64,000 nucleotides of DNA from Plasmodiophora brassicae. Taxonomy: Eukaryota. The stretch lies in assembly GCA_036867785.1 (NCBI GenBank), contig CP145409.1, forward strand, positions 372,001 to 436,000. Reading direction: 5' to 3'. The notes under the pieces are model-generated. The model was given only the letters and a program-made list of their open reading frames with translations, was not told the DNA's origin and did not search any database. Below, piece after piece: positions 35,587-48,689 of this stretch (position 1 is the stretch's first letter; each line of letters opens with the position of its first letter). The translations under genes and the position numbers were made by a program.

Positions 35587-38500
35587 ATGGAGGAAGCTTT
35601 ACTATTGCCTGGGCGGGTGACCCATGGCCCTGTCGACGATCAGCCTTTGCGGCAAGTGGACGCCGAGGAAATCAAGTTCATTCCCCTCGACATCGCCAAG
35701 CAACAAGTTCGCGAGGCACTGCAATTCGCTCAGCGTCAGAAGCAGCGACATCTCGACGTCATCGAACGCATCGAGGGGCAGTACGCAGCGCTGCAAGCGC
35801 AAACGAAGACGAACTTCGACCAGTACGTGGCCAAGCTGGTCGATGACCACAAGGCCAAACTACGCGTCCAGCAAACTCTTCTTGAGGCTCTCAAGGAGAA
35901 GAACCTCGAAACGCGTCTGGCATTACAAGATCGCATCCAAGCGGGTGAAGACGCCCTGGTCGAGATGACAAAGCGTCACGCAGAGCGCGTTTCCCAGTAT
36001 GAGGACGAGCTCGCTCGAATCAAAGCCCAGCTCTGCGGCGAACGAGATGTCGCCCTTCGCGCTGCTGATGAGCGGTCACGTCTGGAAATCGCTGAAGCTC
36101 GACGAGAACTTGGACGCTGCGAGCAACGATTCGCCTTCCAACAAAACCGGCTTCGCGAGGCAGTCGAAGAGACCGTCAAGACGCTGCTAGAGACCATTGT
36201 ACAACGAGTCGACCTTGACACTACCAGAACCGAATTCCGGGGGTTCGAGTACGAGCGCTACCGTCTGCTCAACGAGATCGCCGCGTTGAGAGACGGCCGA
36301 GCTCCGGTCGTACTCCCCCCGTCATCACCAGACGAGACTATCAGGGAGATGTCTCGACTCCAAGCCTATACCACAGAGCAGGCACGGGTCATTGAAGGCC
36401 TCCGCATTGATATTGCGCTCCTTCGACAGCAGGCCAACGCCTCCCAGAGGGTGTCGCCCAGTCCGGCGCCTGCTGCCGTGCAATCAGCTGAACCAACGGC
36501 GTCGAACAGTTTCCAGGTTGCGAATCGAATCGCAATGATTTCCAGTGAAATCGAAGTTCTGTCAACCCGTCGGCATGACCTGAAGCAGACCCTGAAGGAA
36601 TGGGAGGCCAAGTTCGTCAGTAAGAAAGGGCGCAAACCGAAGCGAAGCGAAGTGCTGAACAGCAATGTTGGCCCTGATGCACTGGAGCTCGATGCCTTGA
36701 AAGTTAAGCTGGAAGATCTCGAGACGAGCCTCGCAGAAGCCCAATCTCAACCAGCTGCGGCTCCTTCAGAACCTGCTGCGTTTGCGGCCTCCACTCCTGC
36801 TGAACGTGCTACTGCTCTTGCAACCGTTGCACCTGCACCATCTGTCGTGTTCGTCGACAAACCTAGCGAACTAGACCGGTCCACCATTGCACAACTGCAA
36901 CAAGACCTCGATGCTGCTCGTAAGAGGGTCAAGGACCTGGAAGCGACACGCGAGAAAATTGTCGAGATTCGTGAGGTGATGGTGCCAACGCCAACGCCGA
37001 CGGCAACGCCACCTGGTGCAACTTCAGCACCTAATCCTACCCAGTCGCTGTCACCCGAAAACCCAGCGCTTCAGACTCGTATTGCCGAACTGGAGAGCTC
37101 CATCGCCCAGCTGTCGAGGAACGCGGAACGCGATGCAGCCGAAGCGAAGAAGGTCGAGCAAGGGCTTCGCGCCGAGCTGGAAATGAACAGATCCGCGCTG
37201 GCTAAGGCGCACGCCATGCAGACTTCTCTGTCGGGGACATCTGACCAGGTCAAGGCCCTGCAGGAGGCGTTAAGCCGCGAAATGCAGGCGAAAGCGTCTG
37301 CTGTTGCGGAATGGGAGGCCAAAGCCGCCGATCTGCAGAAATCGTTGCAGGCGGCTGGTGAACGCGAGGAGGCGCTCCACAAAGTGATGGACGAGCAGAT
37401 TCGCGCACTGCAGACGAAGAGCGGCGAGTCGGAAAAGAAAATCATGGACGACATGCGGAAAGCCATGCAGAAGGAGTCCGAACAGCAGGCTACCAAGGGG
37501 AAGGAAGCTATCAAGGCGATGGAGAAACGCGTCGAGGAGGCCAAAGCCGCTGCTGACGCCAAGGCGGCCGAGCTTGAAACCGTCATTGCCAGCAAGACGG
37601 CAGAAATTGAACGACTCATGAAGGAGATGGGGGACGCCGAACGGGCCCAGAAGGAATTGCAATCTAGTGGAGCAGCCACGATCGAGAAGTTGCAACAGGA
37701 AATGGAGGCACTCAAGGCAGACGCATCGGAACGGGTCAAGAAGGCGGAGGCAATCGAAACCGACTGTCTCAGACGAGTCGTCGAAGCGGAAGAAGGGTTC
37801 CGAAAGGAAAGCATCTTGCGGAAGAAGCTTCAGTTCGAAATCGAGGATATGAAGGGCGCGATCCGGGTTTACTGCCGGAGTCGGCCGCTGTCATCGTCTG
37901 AGAGAGAACGCGGCGATCGAGAATGTGTGCGGTTTCCTGATCAGTTCACGGCGCTGCTCGAGAGTGAGAGCAGGTCAACCCGCGGGGGCAAAGTTGAGAA
38001 GAGGTTCGACCGTGCATCCACTACGTTGACATGCTTTAACCGTCGCATAGGTATGAATTCGACCAAGTGTTCTCACCGGCGACGAATGGGAGCCAGGACG
38101 GGATCTTCGCCGAGACAAGGGGATTGGTCAACTTTGCGATTGATGGGTACAACGTTTGCATATTCGCATACGGGCAGACAGGATCAGGTATGATACGATG
38201 CCGGTGGCCTTTTGCTGTTCATCAGTTGACCGCGTTCGTTGGCTTGATAGGTAAAACCTTTACGATGGCGGGCACCAAAGATGCTCCTGGTTTGAAACCG
38301 AGGTTCGTAAACGAAATCTTCGACATCATTCGTCGGACGTCGAAGCAGTACGAATATAGCGTTCGGGCATACATGCTAGAGGTATGCCTATGCGGTTTCT
38401 CAAACAGGCATTGTTACTGATTCTCGGCGTCAGATATACCTGGACGAACTACAGGACCTCTTCTGGTACATTCCTACAACCGTGTGCTTTTCCGCCTTGA

Positions 38501-39500
38501 CTGAGCGTTCGCCACTTCAGGAAAGCAGAGACAAAGGATTGGAAGAAACTGCAAGCACAGAACCAGGCACCCACCTTGAAAGTCCAGAAGAACGCCAAGA
38601 ACATCGTTGTCATAACAGGGGCCGTTGAGAGGGAGTTTACGTCGGCCGACGCCTTGCTGGATTTCGTCACCGTTGCCGAGAGCAACCGAGTCGTAGGGTC
38701 AACGGCCATGAACGCAGAGTCGTCCAGGTCCCATCTGATCTTTGGGATCTTTATTGAACGCACCGATAAGGCACCCCCGACCATGGAGTATTTATCGCCA
38801 TTCCGGAACCTTACCCGGTCTTCAGGTGAATGGGAAGAAGTTTTTCGGCAAGCTTAGCTTGGTCGACTTGGCGGGCAGCGAGAGCGTTAAGAAGACCGGC
38901 GCAACGAAGCAGCGACTGAAGGAAGCCATGTCGATCAACAAAAGTCTGAGTTGCTTAGGCAACGGTAACCAAATGTGGTATGGGCGAGAAACGCCACGCG
39001 CACTGACAGGAATACGTATTCAGTGATCAACAAGCTGAGCAAATGCGAGAAGTTCATTCCATATCGGGACAACATTCTGACAAAGGTCGTCAACGGGTGC
39101 CTTGGTGTACCCCCATATTCCCGCGTTGATCACGTGCGAGCAGGTGATGGAAGACTCACTGGGAAACAACGCGAAAACGCTCATGTTCGTGAACATATCC
39201 CCGTCCGAGTACAACTACGATGAAAGCGTCGGCTCGCTTACGTACGCATCGCTCGTCAAGACCATCGTGAATTCCGCATCAGTCGAAGTCGAAACGAAGG
39301 AGATGGCGCGGCTCAAAGCCGAAATCAAGTCGCTCAAAGCCAAGCTCGGCGAGCAGGCCGTCGAAGAGAAGGAGGACGACGCACCGCCACCCGATGCCGA
39401 ACCACCGCCCGCGTCCACTGACGCCGACAACGAGGCCGCACAGGCCGCCCTCGACGCCGCCGAAACCGGTGATGACGCCCAGGAAGCGCCACCTGTATAA
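35587..39500 (+). CDS. Kinesin-14 (C-terminal motor) with long coiled coil, multi-exon
   Basis: [54 protein letters not shown] and [16 protein letters not shown]. Confidence 0.92.
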
Positions 39501-39768
39501 ACACGGTAGGACACTCACACCGTTGGTGGGCCACGAACTTGTGCCTGCCCCCGTCGTATCGGACGTAACAACAGCGGCTCTCCACAAGGCAGACGTGACG
39601 CGCGACCTGTATTAGACGCCGTCAGGCATGGTTGGCCAGCGACTACGTACTAATGTGGCCTGATGGGCGGCGGCGGCGAAGTTCCGCAGTGGTGCCCCAC
39701 AGGGTAGCTGCGGCAGAGGAGCCGACGCGGGTGTCGTCCCGCAGGCGGGGGCGGGCGGGCGCGCGGCG

Positions 39769-42700
39769 ATGGCGAAATTATGGCGGTCGGTCAGGGCGAT
39801 CAGTACACCACGGCCGGGGCCGACGCTGGCCGAGTGCCATGCGCGTCTGACCCGGATCACGGGTGTGCCCGGCAGGTGCCCGCTGCCCGCCAACCTGCAG
39901 GCCGACCTGGGCAACGTCGTCCATCGCCTGCCCGAGCTCCTGCCCGACGTGCGAACCCATGCCGATGTGAACACGCTGCCCTACGTTGCCAAGTGTCTGA
40001 TCCAGATGTCGTCGAAAGGGTTGCTCGGTACGACCGCACCGGCAGCGGCTCTGTCTCGTTCCCCGCTGACAGGTCAGGGCAGACGACGCCAAGGTGGCGC
40101 CGCTGCTACGGGACATGCTGGCTCAGGTCGGCGAACGGGTCTACATGTTAGGCGGCCGGCAGCTGGCTGTGCTGGCCAACGCGTTCGTGAAGACGAAAGA
40201 CGGAGGCGAGCGTGCATTCCTGCAGCGACTCGTCGATCGCGTCGTCGAACTCGACGACCGTGTCGATAGTCGCGATTTGGTGACCGTGTTCTGGGCCTGC
40301 GCACGCGCACGGCATCACGACGACCGCCTCGTCGACATTGTCGCGCGTCGCGTACTGTCGCGGGCGGCGACGTTCGCCCCATCTGATCTGTGCCTCGTTG
40401 CGCACGGGTCTGTGCAACTCGGCGCTCGTCGTGACGACACGTTCCGCGTCATTGCCGATCACGTCATCGCTCGGTCCAACGCGCTTGCGCCGGTCAACGT
40501 GTCGCAGGTCCTCGCTGCGTTCGCGACCACGACGGTCGCGAACAAGCTGCTGTTCGACACGATGGCCGTGCGGGTCATCAGCGACATCCACCGGTACACG
40601 CCCCGCGACCTGTGCACGGTCGCGTCCGCGTTCGTGACGGCGCAGGTGCACCACGACAGCCTGATGCATGTCATGGCCCGACACGCGAAGGCCATGATGT
40701 ACAAGTTCCCTGCCCTGTCGTTGTCGCGCCTGTCGTGGACGTTCGCGAAACAAGGTCGCTACGACGCGGGCCTGTTCGACGCTATCGCGCAACGGTCGCT
40801 GGCCGTCATCGACACGTTTGGCGCTCAAGATGTCGCCAACATGTCCTGGGCATTCGCCGTCTTCAAAGTCAGGAACGCTTCACTTTTCGACGCGCTCGCC
40901 AGGCGCGCGATCGCGATCGCGGATTCGTTCACGTCGCAGGGCATCGGCAACACCGCATGGGCGTTCGCCACCGTCGAGCATCCACATGTCGCGCTATTCG
41001 ACGCCCTGGCACACCAGACCGCCACGAGGATTATCAGCTTCAGTGCCCCGCAAGACCTCGCCATGGCCGCCTGGGCATTCGCCAAGTTTGCCACCGTCGA
41101 CAACGGTCTCTGCAACGCTGTCGCACGACGCGCCATTGAACTCATCGACCGATTCGACTCGACGTGGACCGCCACGATGGCCTGGTCATACGCGACGCTC
41201 GGCGTCGTCAACGCCGAGCTGATGGAGGCGCTTGCGCAGCGTACGCTCAAGACGATCGACGCGTTCGATTGCCAGGCAATCGGGAACGCCGCCTGGGCGT
41301 TCTCCAAGCTGCACGTGAGGAATGCCGACCTGTTCGACGCGCTTGGGCGCCGAGCCCTGACCGTCATGGACGCCATGATCGCCCAGCACGTCAGCAACGT
41401 ATCGTGGGCGTTTGCCACCGCGAACATCGGCAACCGCGACCTATTCGATGCGCTTGCGCGCCGAGCCATCACGCTGGTCGACACGTTCGTCGCCCAAGAG
41501 ATCGCCAACACGGCGTGGGCGTTCGCTCGCAACCAGGTCGACAATGACGATCTGTTCGGGGCGCTCGGCCGGCGTGCCTGCCAGATCATCGACGCGTTCG
41601 ACTGCCAGCACGTCAGCAACACGGCCTGGGCGTTTGCGACGTTACGGGTCGACAACGCCGTCCTGTTCGAGAAGCTGGCGAGCCGGGCCATCGCCGTTGT
41701 CGATCGGCTGAGCAGCCAGCAGACGAGCAATCTGGCATGGGCGTTCGCGCGCGCTAACTGGACACCTCACGCCAACCTGTTCGAGGCGCTCGCCCGCCAT
41801 GCTGTCGCGACGATCGGCACGTTCGGCGCGCAGGCCGTCAGCAACACCGCCTGGGCGTTCGCGACGTTGCGCGTCCAGGACGAGGACCTGTTCGAGCACC
41901 TGGCAAGGCGGGCCGTCGACGTCGTTGAGGCGTTCAACCCGCAGGCGGTCAGTACGACGGCATGGGCGTTCGCGACTCTGGACGTCGCCCATGCCGACCT
42001 GTTCGATGCGCTCGGGCGGCGTGCACTTCAGCTGGCCGATGGGTTCGAGGCGCAGGCTATCAGCAACACGGCGTGGGCGTTCGCCAAGTTGCAGGTCGCG
42101 AATCGCGACCTGCTGGGCGCACTGGCCAGACGTACCATGGTGAAGATTGGCGACTTTGGGTCCCAGGAAACATGCAACGTCGCCTGGGCGTTGGCGACGG
42201 TGGGCGTCGTGGAGGCTGATGTCATGCGCGCCCTGGCGGAACGTGCGATTGCACTCAGCGACACGTTCGACGCGCAAGACGTGTCCAACATGGTCTGGGC
42301 GTTCGCGACGTCGGGCGTCGGCAACGCCGACCTGTTCAGCGCGATGGCACGTCGTGCAGTAGCGTGCATCGACCGGTTCGGCGCGCAGGCGATCAGCAAT
42401 ACGGCCTGGGGGTTCGCTAAGGTCAAGATCGAGAACCGGGACCTGATGCGTGTCATCGGCGCCCGAGCCCTGGACGTCATGGAGTCGTTCAGCGCTCAGG
42501 ACGTTTCGCTGACGGCCTGGGCGTTTGCCGTGTGGGGCATGCCAGACGACGACCTGTTCGATGCGCTTGCGCGTCGCGCCCTTGATGTGGTCGGCACGTT
42601 CACGATGCAGGGTGTATCGACAACGACATGGGCCTACACGAAGCTGGGCATCAACCACACGGCCCTGTTCGCCGCTCTGCAGCGCCAGGCGGCCAGTCTC

Positions 42701-42772
42701 GCGGAAAGCGAACATTCGTCCCGTCATGACGCAAGCCATAGTGCCAATGTAATAACACCTACAACAGCGTAA
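39769..42772 (+). CDS. Helical-repeat RNA-binding-like protein (over 20 tandem ~37-aa HPR/OPR-like repeats), probable mitochondrial presequence
   Basis: Consensus F.AQA.SNTAWAFA.L.V.N.DLF.ALARRA...D recurs at ~111-nt spacing. Arg-rich N-terminus MAKLWRSVRAIS; one intron near 40020-40077. Confidence 0.85.
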
Positions 42773-43611
42773 TAAGAATATAGATCACTGATTCGCACAT
42801 CGCAACGTCGGTCGTAGAATGGGGCTCCCCTTGGCGTCAGTACGGCCGCTTCGTTGACAGCGTACATTCAGACATGTTGCGTTTACCTATACGATTTCGT
42901 TGCAGATTACACCTAATCATCGTTGTCGTCTATACCATTGTCGGGTGGCGCTCCTGCCCTCCTGTTTCAATCCCAGCGCCTGTTTACTTCCTGCGTGTCC
43001 CCTCGTGGACCGGCCTCGTATCCTGTTCTGCAACTAAGCGCCCCTGGTTGGACTCGTCGGCCTGGTTCCGGGGATGGGAATTGTGATACGCTGGATGACC
43101 TGGCGCTATCGCCACCAACCGCTTCGCCAACACTGAGCCGCACCAGTCTCGCATCACCTACTACTGTTGTATCATTGTGCTCGATATGTGAAGCGCTCGC
43201 TGCCTGCGACGAAAGTATCCTGAAGGCAGTCTTCTAAAAGAAAGTCGACGCCGGTCTAGGCGGCCTTGGCCGGGCAATCATCGGAAAGCGCACGAATGCA
43301 ACCTAATGCTCGGCAAACGATAGCGACAGGCGGCCAGTCTCGCGGATGATGAGCGTACCGCTCGTCACTAGACATGGTATTAGCCCCACGATAGTAGTGC
43401 GAGAACAGCTGACTATTCTGCACAGACAGTAGATTGCACAGTCGAGTCAAATGCTCTGTAATGGCCAATGCGTTTCAGTCTGCTGCATCTCGAATGAACA
43501 GCGACAAAGGCCTGCACGATGGAGCACAGGGCTTGCAAGCTTCGAGTCGATGCCGAGTCGGTTACGAGGTCGGTCAGCACCCGCATGGCGGTTCGTAACT
43601 TGCAATGCCTG

Positions 43612-45591
43612 TCATTGAAGCGCGCGCACGGCTTCAGCATGGCAGACTCGCTGAGCGTCACTGCTGGATACATTCGTTGCCAGCGAACACCGAGATAGCT
43701 TGACGTGTTGCAGCAGCGCAGAGCGACCGGGTCCAGTCGCATCGTTGGCGGACGCGGCAATGCCACAGGGTCGGCAACATCCAAACGCAGAAGTAAACGC
43801 GCTAGCCAGAACGTTATTCGTTTCCAGCAGGTTCTTGCGGACAGCATATTCATGAAGCCTGTTGATGGCATCGACGTTTTGAACACGACTGCAAGCGGCT
43901 ATGAGGACAGAAAGCAGTCGAGGGTCCACGTCAGGGACACATTTCACCAGCTGTTCAAACACATCGAGCGCTTCGACGACGGCATCCGACTTCGAGAAAG
44001 AAGCGACCAGATTGGCATACTCGGCTGCAGTCGGATGAAGGCTGTTTCGTTTCAGTTCCGACCACATATCAAGAGCTTGAGGGACCATTCCATTAGTCGC
44101 GTACGCGCCAATTAGCGCGATAAAGCTGGACGGTTCGGAACATCGACCTTGCACCGAACGGAACAAATCCTCGGCCGTATCGAGACGGTTGCACTGTCCA
44201 TATGACGTAATGAACGCACCGAGGACAAAAGCATCGTGCAGGAGTGGAAGGTCGGAGTCGGCAAACCGATGAAGGCGCACAAGAGAATCCAGCTGGCGGT
44301 CTCTCCCGCAAGCGGCCACCAGGCAGGCCAACACTGCAGGGTCGACCCTGACGTTCCGTTGTTGAATCTGGTCAAACATGTCCATCGCTTCTGCAACACG
44401 ATCACCCTTGGCGAAAACGCACAGCATGTTGCAGAGCATCTCGATGGGCAATTCCTGGGATCCCGTACGTTTCGCTTCCTCGAAGATGTTGACAGCGGCG
44501 AAGGTATCGCCGTTGTTACTGTAAGCAGCTATCATCGTATTGTAGGTGGACACATGCGGCGACGTGCACTTTCGAAACAGTTGCTGAGCCAGGTCAAGGC
44601 GGCAGCACCGGGCGAAGCCGGAAATGAACGCGTTGACGACAAAGGCGTCTTGGAGCAAAGCTGGTTCGGTATTACACGCGTAGGCGTACAGCGTCTGGAC
44701 GGCTTGTAGGGCGGAACAACTGCCACAAGCCGCAACAAGGCTGGTGAACACTTGCGGAACGAGCGACGTGCCACGTGCGACCATTGTCTGAAACACGGCC
44801 ATGGCCTGCTCGATACGGCCGGCCTTGGCCAGGGCACCGATAATCACGCCGAACAGCTGCTGGGCAGGCGGCATCCCAATAGAGTCCAGCAGTCGTATCA
44901 TCGCAATTGCATCGTCGAATCGACCTTGCGATAGCAACGCTTTCGCAAGGTTGGCGTAGAGCGGGTGGTTGCGGTAGGGCGGGAGTTGACCCGACGATAT
45001 GAGATCAGCGAGGCGTTTAGCTGTGTCAGCTGCACGTGCGCTTTGCGCCTCAGCACAGCACGCCGCGAACACTGACAACAGCACCTCCGTCATGTGGAGC
45101 CGGTGCTCGATGGCGTCCTGCACAAGCGCGAGCGCGGATTCGGGTTGCTGACAGGCCCTGCAGATCCCCGCCAGGCTGCAGATGACGTTATGGGTGCGAG
45201 GCCCCACCTGACGATACAGGTCCAGGGCATCGCGCAACAACGGAGGGTCGGCCTGTCGGCACGCGCCGAGATACAGGCAGAACAGCGTCTCGTTAACAGA
45301 AACGCCCTGGTCGAACGCGGCACGCATCACGTCTGGCGCTTTCGAAGGCAGCGTCCGCTGACAGAATTGCAGCATTCGCGTGAAGAACGGCGCCCGGGGC
45401 GCCAGCCGGCAGTCGACCACGTGGCGGAACACGGCCCAGCCACGCTCCGCGTCGGCATCGCGCTGCAGGATATGGACCGCATGCGACACCGACGGCCTCC
45501 GGAAGAAATCGCCGACATCGGCGTTCGAGTCGGCCGAGGACGCGCGGCCCCTGCCGGGCAGGCGCGCTGCATGCCCCCGGACCCGCCGCAT
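43612..45591 (-). CDS. Pentatricopeptide-repeat (PPR) protein; 3' end uncertain
   Basis: 35-aa helical repeats (YNTMIAAYSNNGD..AVNIFEE, FGVIIGALAKAGRIEQAMAVFQTM, FIALIGAYATNG...ALDMW); Arg-rich N-terminus. Confidence 0.85.
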   Translation of the reverse strand: MRRVRGHAARLPGRGRASSADSNADVGDFFRRPSVSHAVHILQRDADAERGWAVFRHVVDCRLAPRAPFFTRMLQFCQRTLPSKAPDVMRAAFDQGVSVNETLFCLYLGACRQADPPLLRDALDLYRQVGPRTHNVICSLAGICRACQQPESALALVQDAIEHRLHMTEVLLSVFAACCAEAQSARAADTAKRLADLISSGQLPPYRNHPLYANLAKALLSQGRFDDAIAMIRLLDSIGMPPAQQLFGVIIGALAKAGRIEQAMAVFQTMVARGTSLVPQVFTSLVAACGSCSALQAVQTLYAYACNTEPALLQDAFVVNAFISGFARCCRLDLAQQLFRKCTSPHVSTYNTMIAAYSNNGDTFAAVNIFEEAKRTGSQELPIEMLCNMLCVFAKGDRVAEAMDMFDQIQQRNVRVDPAVLACLVAACGRDRQLDSLVRLHRFADSDLPLLHDAFVLGAFITSYGQCNRLDTAEDLFRSVQGRCSEPSSFIALIGAYATNGMVPQALDMWSELKRNSLHPTAAEYANLVASFSKSDAVVEALDVFEQLVKCVPDVDPRLLSVLIAACSRVQNVDAINRLHEYAVRKNLLETNNVLASAFTSAFGCCRPCGIAASANDATGPGRSALLQHVKLSRCSLATNVSSSDAQRVCHAEAVRALQ

Positions 45592-45838
45592 GCGACTGAA
45601 CGACGCGCGCGCAAAGTCCGGCCCGCAACGGCGCTCGCGACCCGGGGCAGCAGTCGCCAGTCGGCACTGCACAGCAGAGCCGCGCGCTTTTCAAAGCCCG
45701 CGTCTGGCAGCTGCAACAGGGCGGACATCGTCATCCGCCGGAAGGGCGACGGGTGGATTTTGGGGGCAATCTCGTGTGAGAGGCCACGCGCGGTGGGACG
45801 GCGTTTCCCGCAGTGGCGCGCGCAATCGCAGCAGGACG

Positions 45839-47220
45839 ATGGCCAGCGGCAGCGATGGCGGCATACTGTCCAAGGTCGGGCACGTGTTGGCGTCGCCGAT
45901 TCGGGTTCTCGGGCGCGTGTCGGCGCTGCTGTCGCCGACGCGGCCCAGGCCCGCTGAGGCACAACCGGATGACAACGCGGCCCGGAAGCGCCGTCGGTCG
46001 AACGAGGTCACACCGGTCGGTCGTGGTGTTTTGATTTGCGTTTGGTACACGGTGCTAGCGGTGGCGTGTAGAACTTTCGGCTGCGTAAGACGCCTCGTCT
46101 TTCGTGCGCCCGGTCGATGAAACGTCCGAGGGTGATCAACGACGAGAATCGCGACGCGACCAATGGGAAAAGACGTCGAACCGATGCGGGGGCCGGCCCA
46201 TTTGTCGAGAAGCAGCCTGGCCGTAAGGGTGAAGAGCTGGTCTCTGGACATTATCGCTGCGTTGTTACCGTACCTCTGACCGGATTGTGTTGTTCAGTTG
46301 CAGCGCATGGATGAACGGAAACGATGGTGCCAGGAACAGCTGCACCGTCAACTCTTCACTGCGGTACGTCGTCGACGGCGTTAAGCAATAACGTATCTGA
46401 TTACTTGGGCGATTCCTAGGATGAGCCTGTTGCATCCGACGAGGAATTCGTTGATGCTGAGATGGCGTTCCATGACGAGCCCAACGATCTTGCACCTGAC
46501 GTATTCAAGCGTCCTGTGCTGATCGAGACGCCTGTCCGCCATACAGGTCGCGCCGAAGACACACCATCTCTGCGACGATCGTGTCGTCGATCTGCCAAGG
46601 CAACGTGATTGGACGGGTTGCTTACTGTTAAGCTGATGTCACGTATGTGCAGGTTGCGTCCAGACGGATTTCCATGCAGTTTGCTCCTCGCAAGCTCAGC
46701 CCTCGTGCTGACATCCAAGGGCTGGTAGAGAAACGAAAGCTTGAGCAGGTACGGTCTTCGCGCAGCACTGCCTAGTTGTGTTGAGTAAATTATGGAGCAC
46801 AGGCCCGGCGTGTCCAGGAGAACATTAAAACCCGGGAGAATGAATTGCGAGAACAGGAACGTGAGCAGCGCAAGACTGCCGAAGAGAGGGCCTATTGGCA
46901 GGTACTGCCAACGCCACACGCTGCAACGGTTGACCCAACTGACGCTGTGCTTTTGTTAGGGTATCCATGGGCCCCGAATCCGAAGGCTGATGGCTGGGAA
47001 GACACCGCTGCAAATACTGCACGAGTTCTGTCCGGGATCTCGCCTTGGTGACGACGCTTCTGTTGATGCGCGTACGTATCGCGTAGACGTTATAGCGTTC
47101 GGGTCTAACATTTCGTATCTGGTGGGGCGTAGTCAAGCGATCCTTTCGGAAGGCAATGGCGAAGTATCATCCTGATCGATCCAGCCGGCTGCCGTCCGTT
47201 GACAAGCAGGCCGAGGCTGA
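45839..47220 (+). CDS. Hypothetical multi-exon gene(s); boundaries uncertain
   Basis: MASGSDGGILSKVGHVLASP... with NLS-like ARKRRR and several GT-AG candidates; downstream GKTPLQILHEFC resembles a dsRBD helix 1. Confidence 0.3.
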
Positions 47221-47481
47221 AGAAATCTTTAAAATGCTGCAGGAAACTCGGGAATCGCTGGGATCATAGAACGCGGACTGGGGCACATCCTAAAACGACC
47301 TACTTCTACACCATCAATGAACACAGTCTCCTTTCTGAGCGAAATTTGAGACAGTGCCGGTCGGCGCCTTGCACCTTATGTCGGTAAGACATATTCACAG
47401 AGCTCGTCTTCTGTGGACACGTTTCGGCTTCCCCGTGTGCACACTGGCGCAATCCAGGTGCGGCGGTGGGTGGTGCGTGCC

Positions 47482-48120
47482 TATAGATCTGTTATATAAC
47501 GCTTGGCGGGGGGGTGGGCGTTATATAACGTTATGTAACGTTATATAACGGTTATATAACGGTTATATAACGCCCTTTTTGGAGACGCTTGGAGACCGCC
47601 CCGGACAGCCCGGTCTGCGCGGAGAGGCCGTGGAAATCCGGCGGACTCGCATTGACATCTCGAAACAGACCTGGAGACGCGAATATTGAACGCCAGACTG
47701 CAGTGTGTTTCAATTCGTCCCAACTGAAGCGAAAGGTCCCGGACGCACGCCCGATAGACGGACTCCTCAAGCACCTCATCAGTTTCCACTCCTGGACAGA
47801 ATCTCTGTGGAATCTGCTGCCGGTGGATGCGAAGATGACGACGTGATTGATCCTGTCGACGACTTCGAATTTGTAGATGCCTGTGATCGCGAGGTCGACC
47901 GCGTAGTGAATCCAAACGAAATTGACGACCACGTGATCTACAGCGACTCTGATACCGAGGAAGTGGTCGTAGAATCAGGATGGGTGTGAAACATGACCGG
48001 TACACTGTTATTCGTTATAAATGGAATATAACGCGTTATATAACGCCTCTGTGACATAACGTTATATAACGCGTTATATAACGCCCGTTATATAACGCCA
48101 AAATAACTAACAGATCTATA
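47482..48120 (+). mobile_element. Non-autonomous hAT-type DNA transposon (639 bp)
   Basis: 13-bp TIRs tatagatctgtta / taacagatctata; 8-bp TSD tgcgtgcc (47474-47481 and 48121-48128); subterminal GTTATATAAC arrays; internal remnant PDSPVCAERPWK...TSRNRPGDANIERQTAVCFN like the hAT dimerisation domain. Confidence 0.9.
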
Positions 48121-48209
48121 TGCGTGCCAAATCTGCGCGGCGGACACCGTACCCCGCGCGGTGCCACGATTACCGTTGCTGGCGTTGCAAGGAACAGCAG
48201 CACCTGAAG

Positions 48210-48537
48210 ATGACGCGGGGAAAAGCCAAGGTTGCCTAATACGTAATCGGCCTGCCCCTGGCGCTGACTGCCAGTGCCGTCTCATACAGGTGGACGCAAA
48301 GATTCGAGCCAGCAAGAAGGCGGAGAAGTTGAAACGGGCTGGCAGCGAACTCGACGCGCAGAAGAAAGGCAAGAAGTTCGAATGCAAGGTACGCTGATCT
48401 TCGCCTTCGCAACGCCTGCCCTTCACGTGCTCGCTCTGCAGATCTGCATGACCCCCGTGCATAACCTTCAAAGCATGCGCGATCATTACGCGTCCAAGCA
48501 CCCGAAAGCAGCGTTCAATGAATCCGAATTCGCCTGA
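48210..48537 (+). CDS. ZNF706: Small ZNF706/4F5-like C2H2 zinc-finger protein, 3 exons
   Basis: MTRGKAK|VDAKIRASKKAEK...FECK|ICMTPVHNLQSMRDHYASKHPK; introns at about 48231-48289 and 48389-48441. Confidence 0.8.
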
Positions 48538-48689
48538 TGTTGGCCAGTTGTGGTGGTGGTTGTCGTCAGAGCTCTCGGCGTTGTCGCAGATTGGACGACA
48601 AAGACGCGGTCAAGACTGAAACGCGCTGCACAAGTTTATGACACATTGACGTCGCGATAATAACGCGACCCCCGGACGGGTAATACTGC

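Noticed and set aside
40148-42739. Long antisense and alternate-frame ORFs over the repeat gene (also over actin, FBXL, kinesin)
   Set aside because: Expected shadows of GC-rich, codon-biased coding sequence.
47489-48100. GTTATATAAC repeats as a CRISPR-like array
   Set aside because: No unique regular spacers, eukaryotic context, and fully explained as hAT subterminal repeats.
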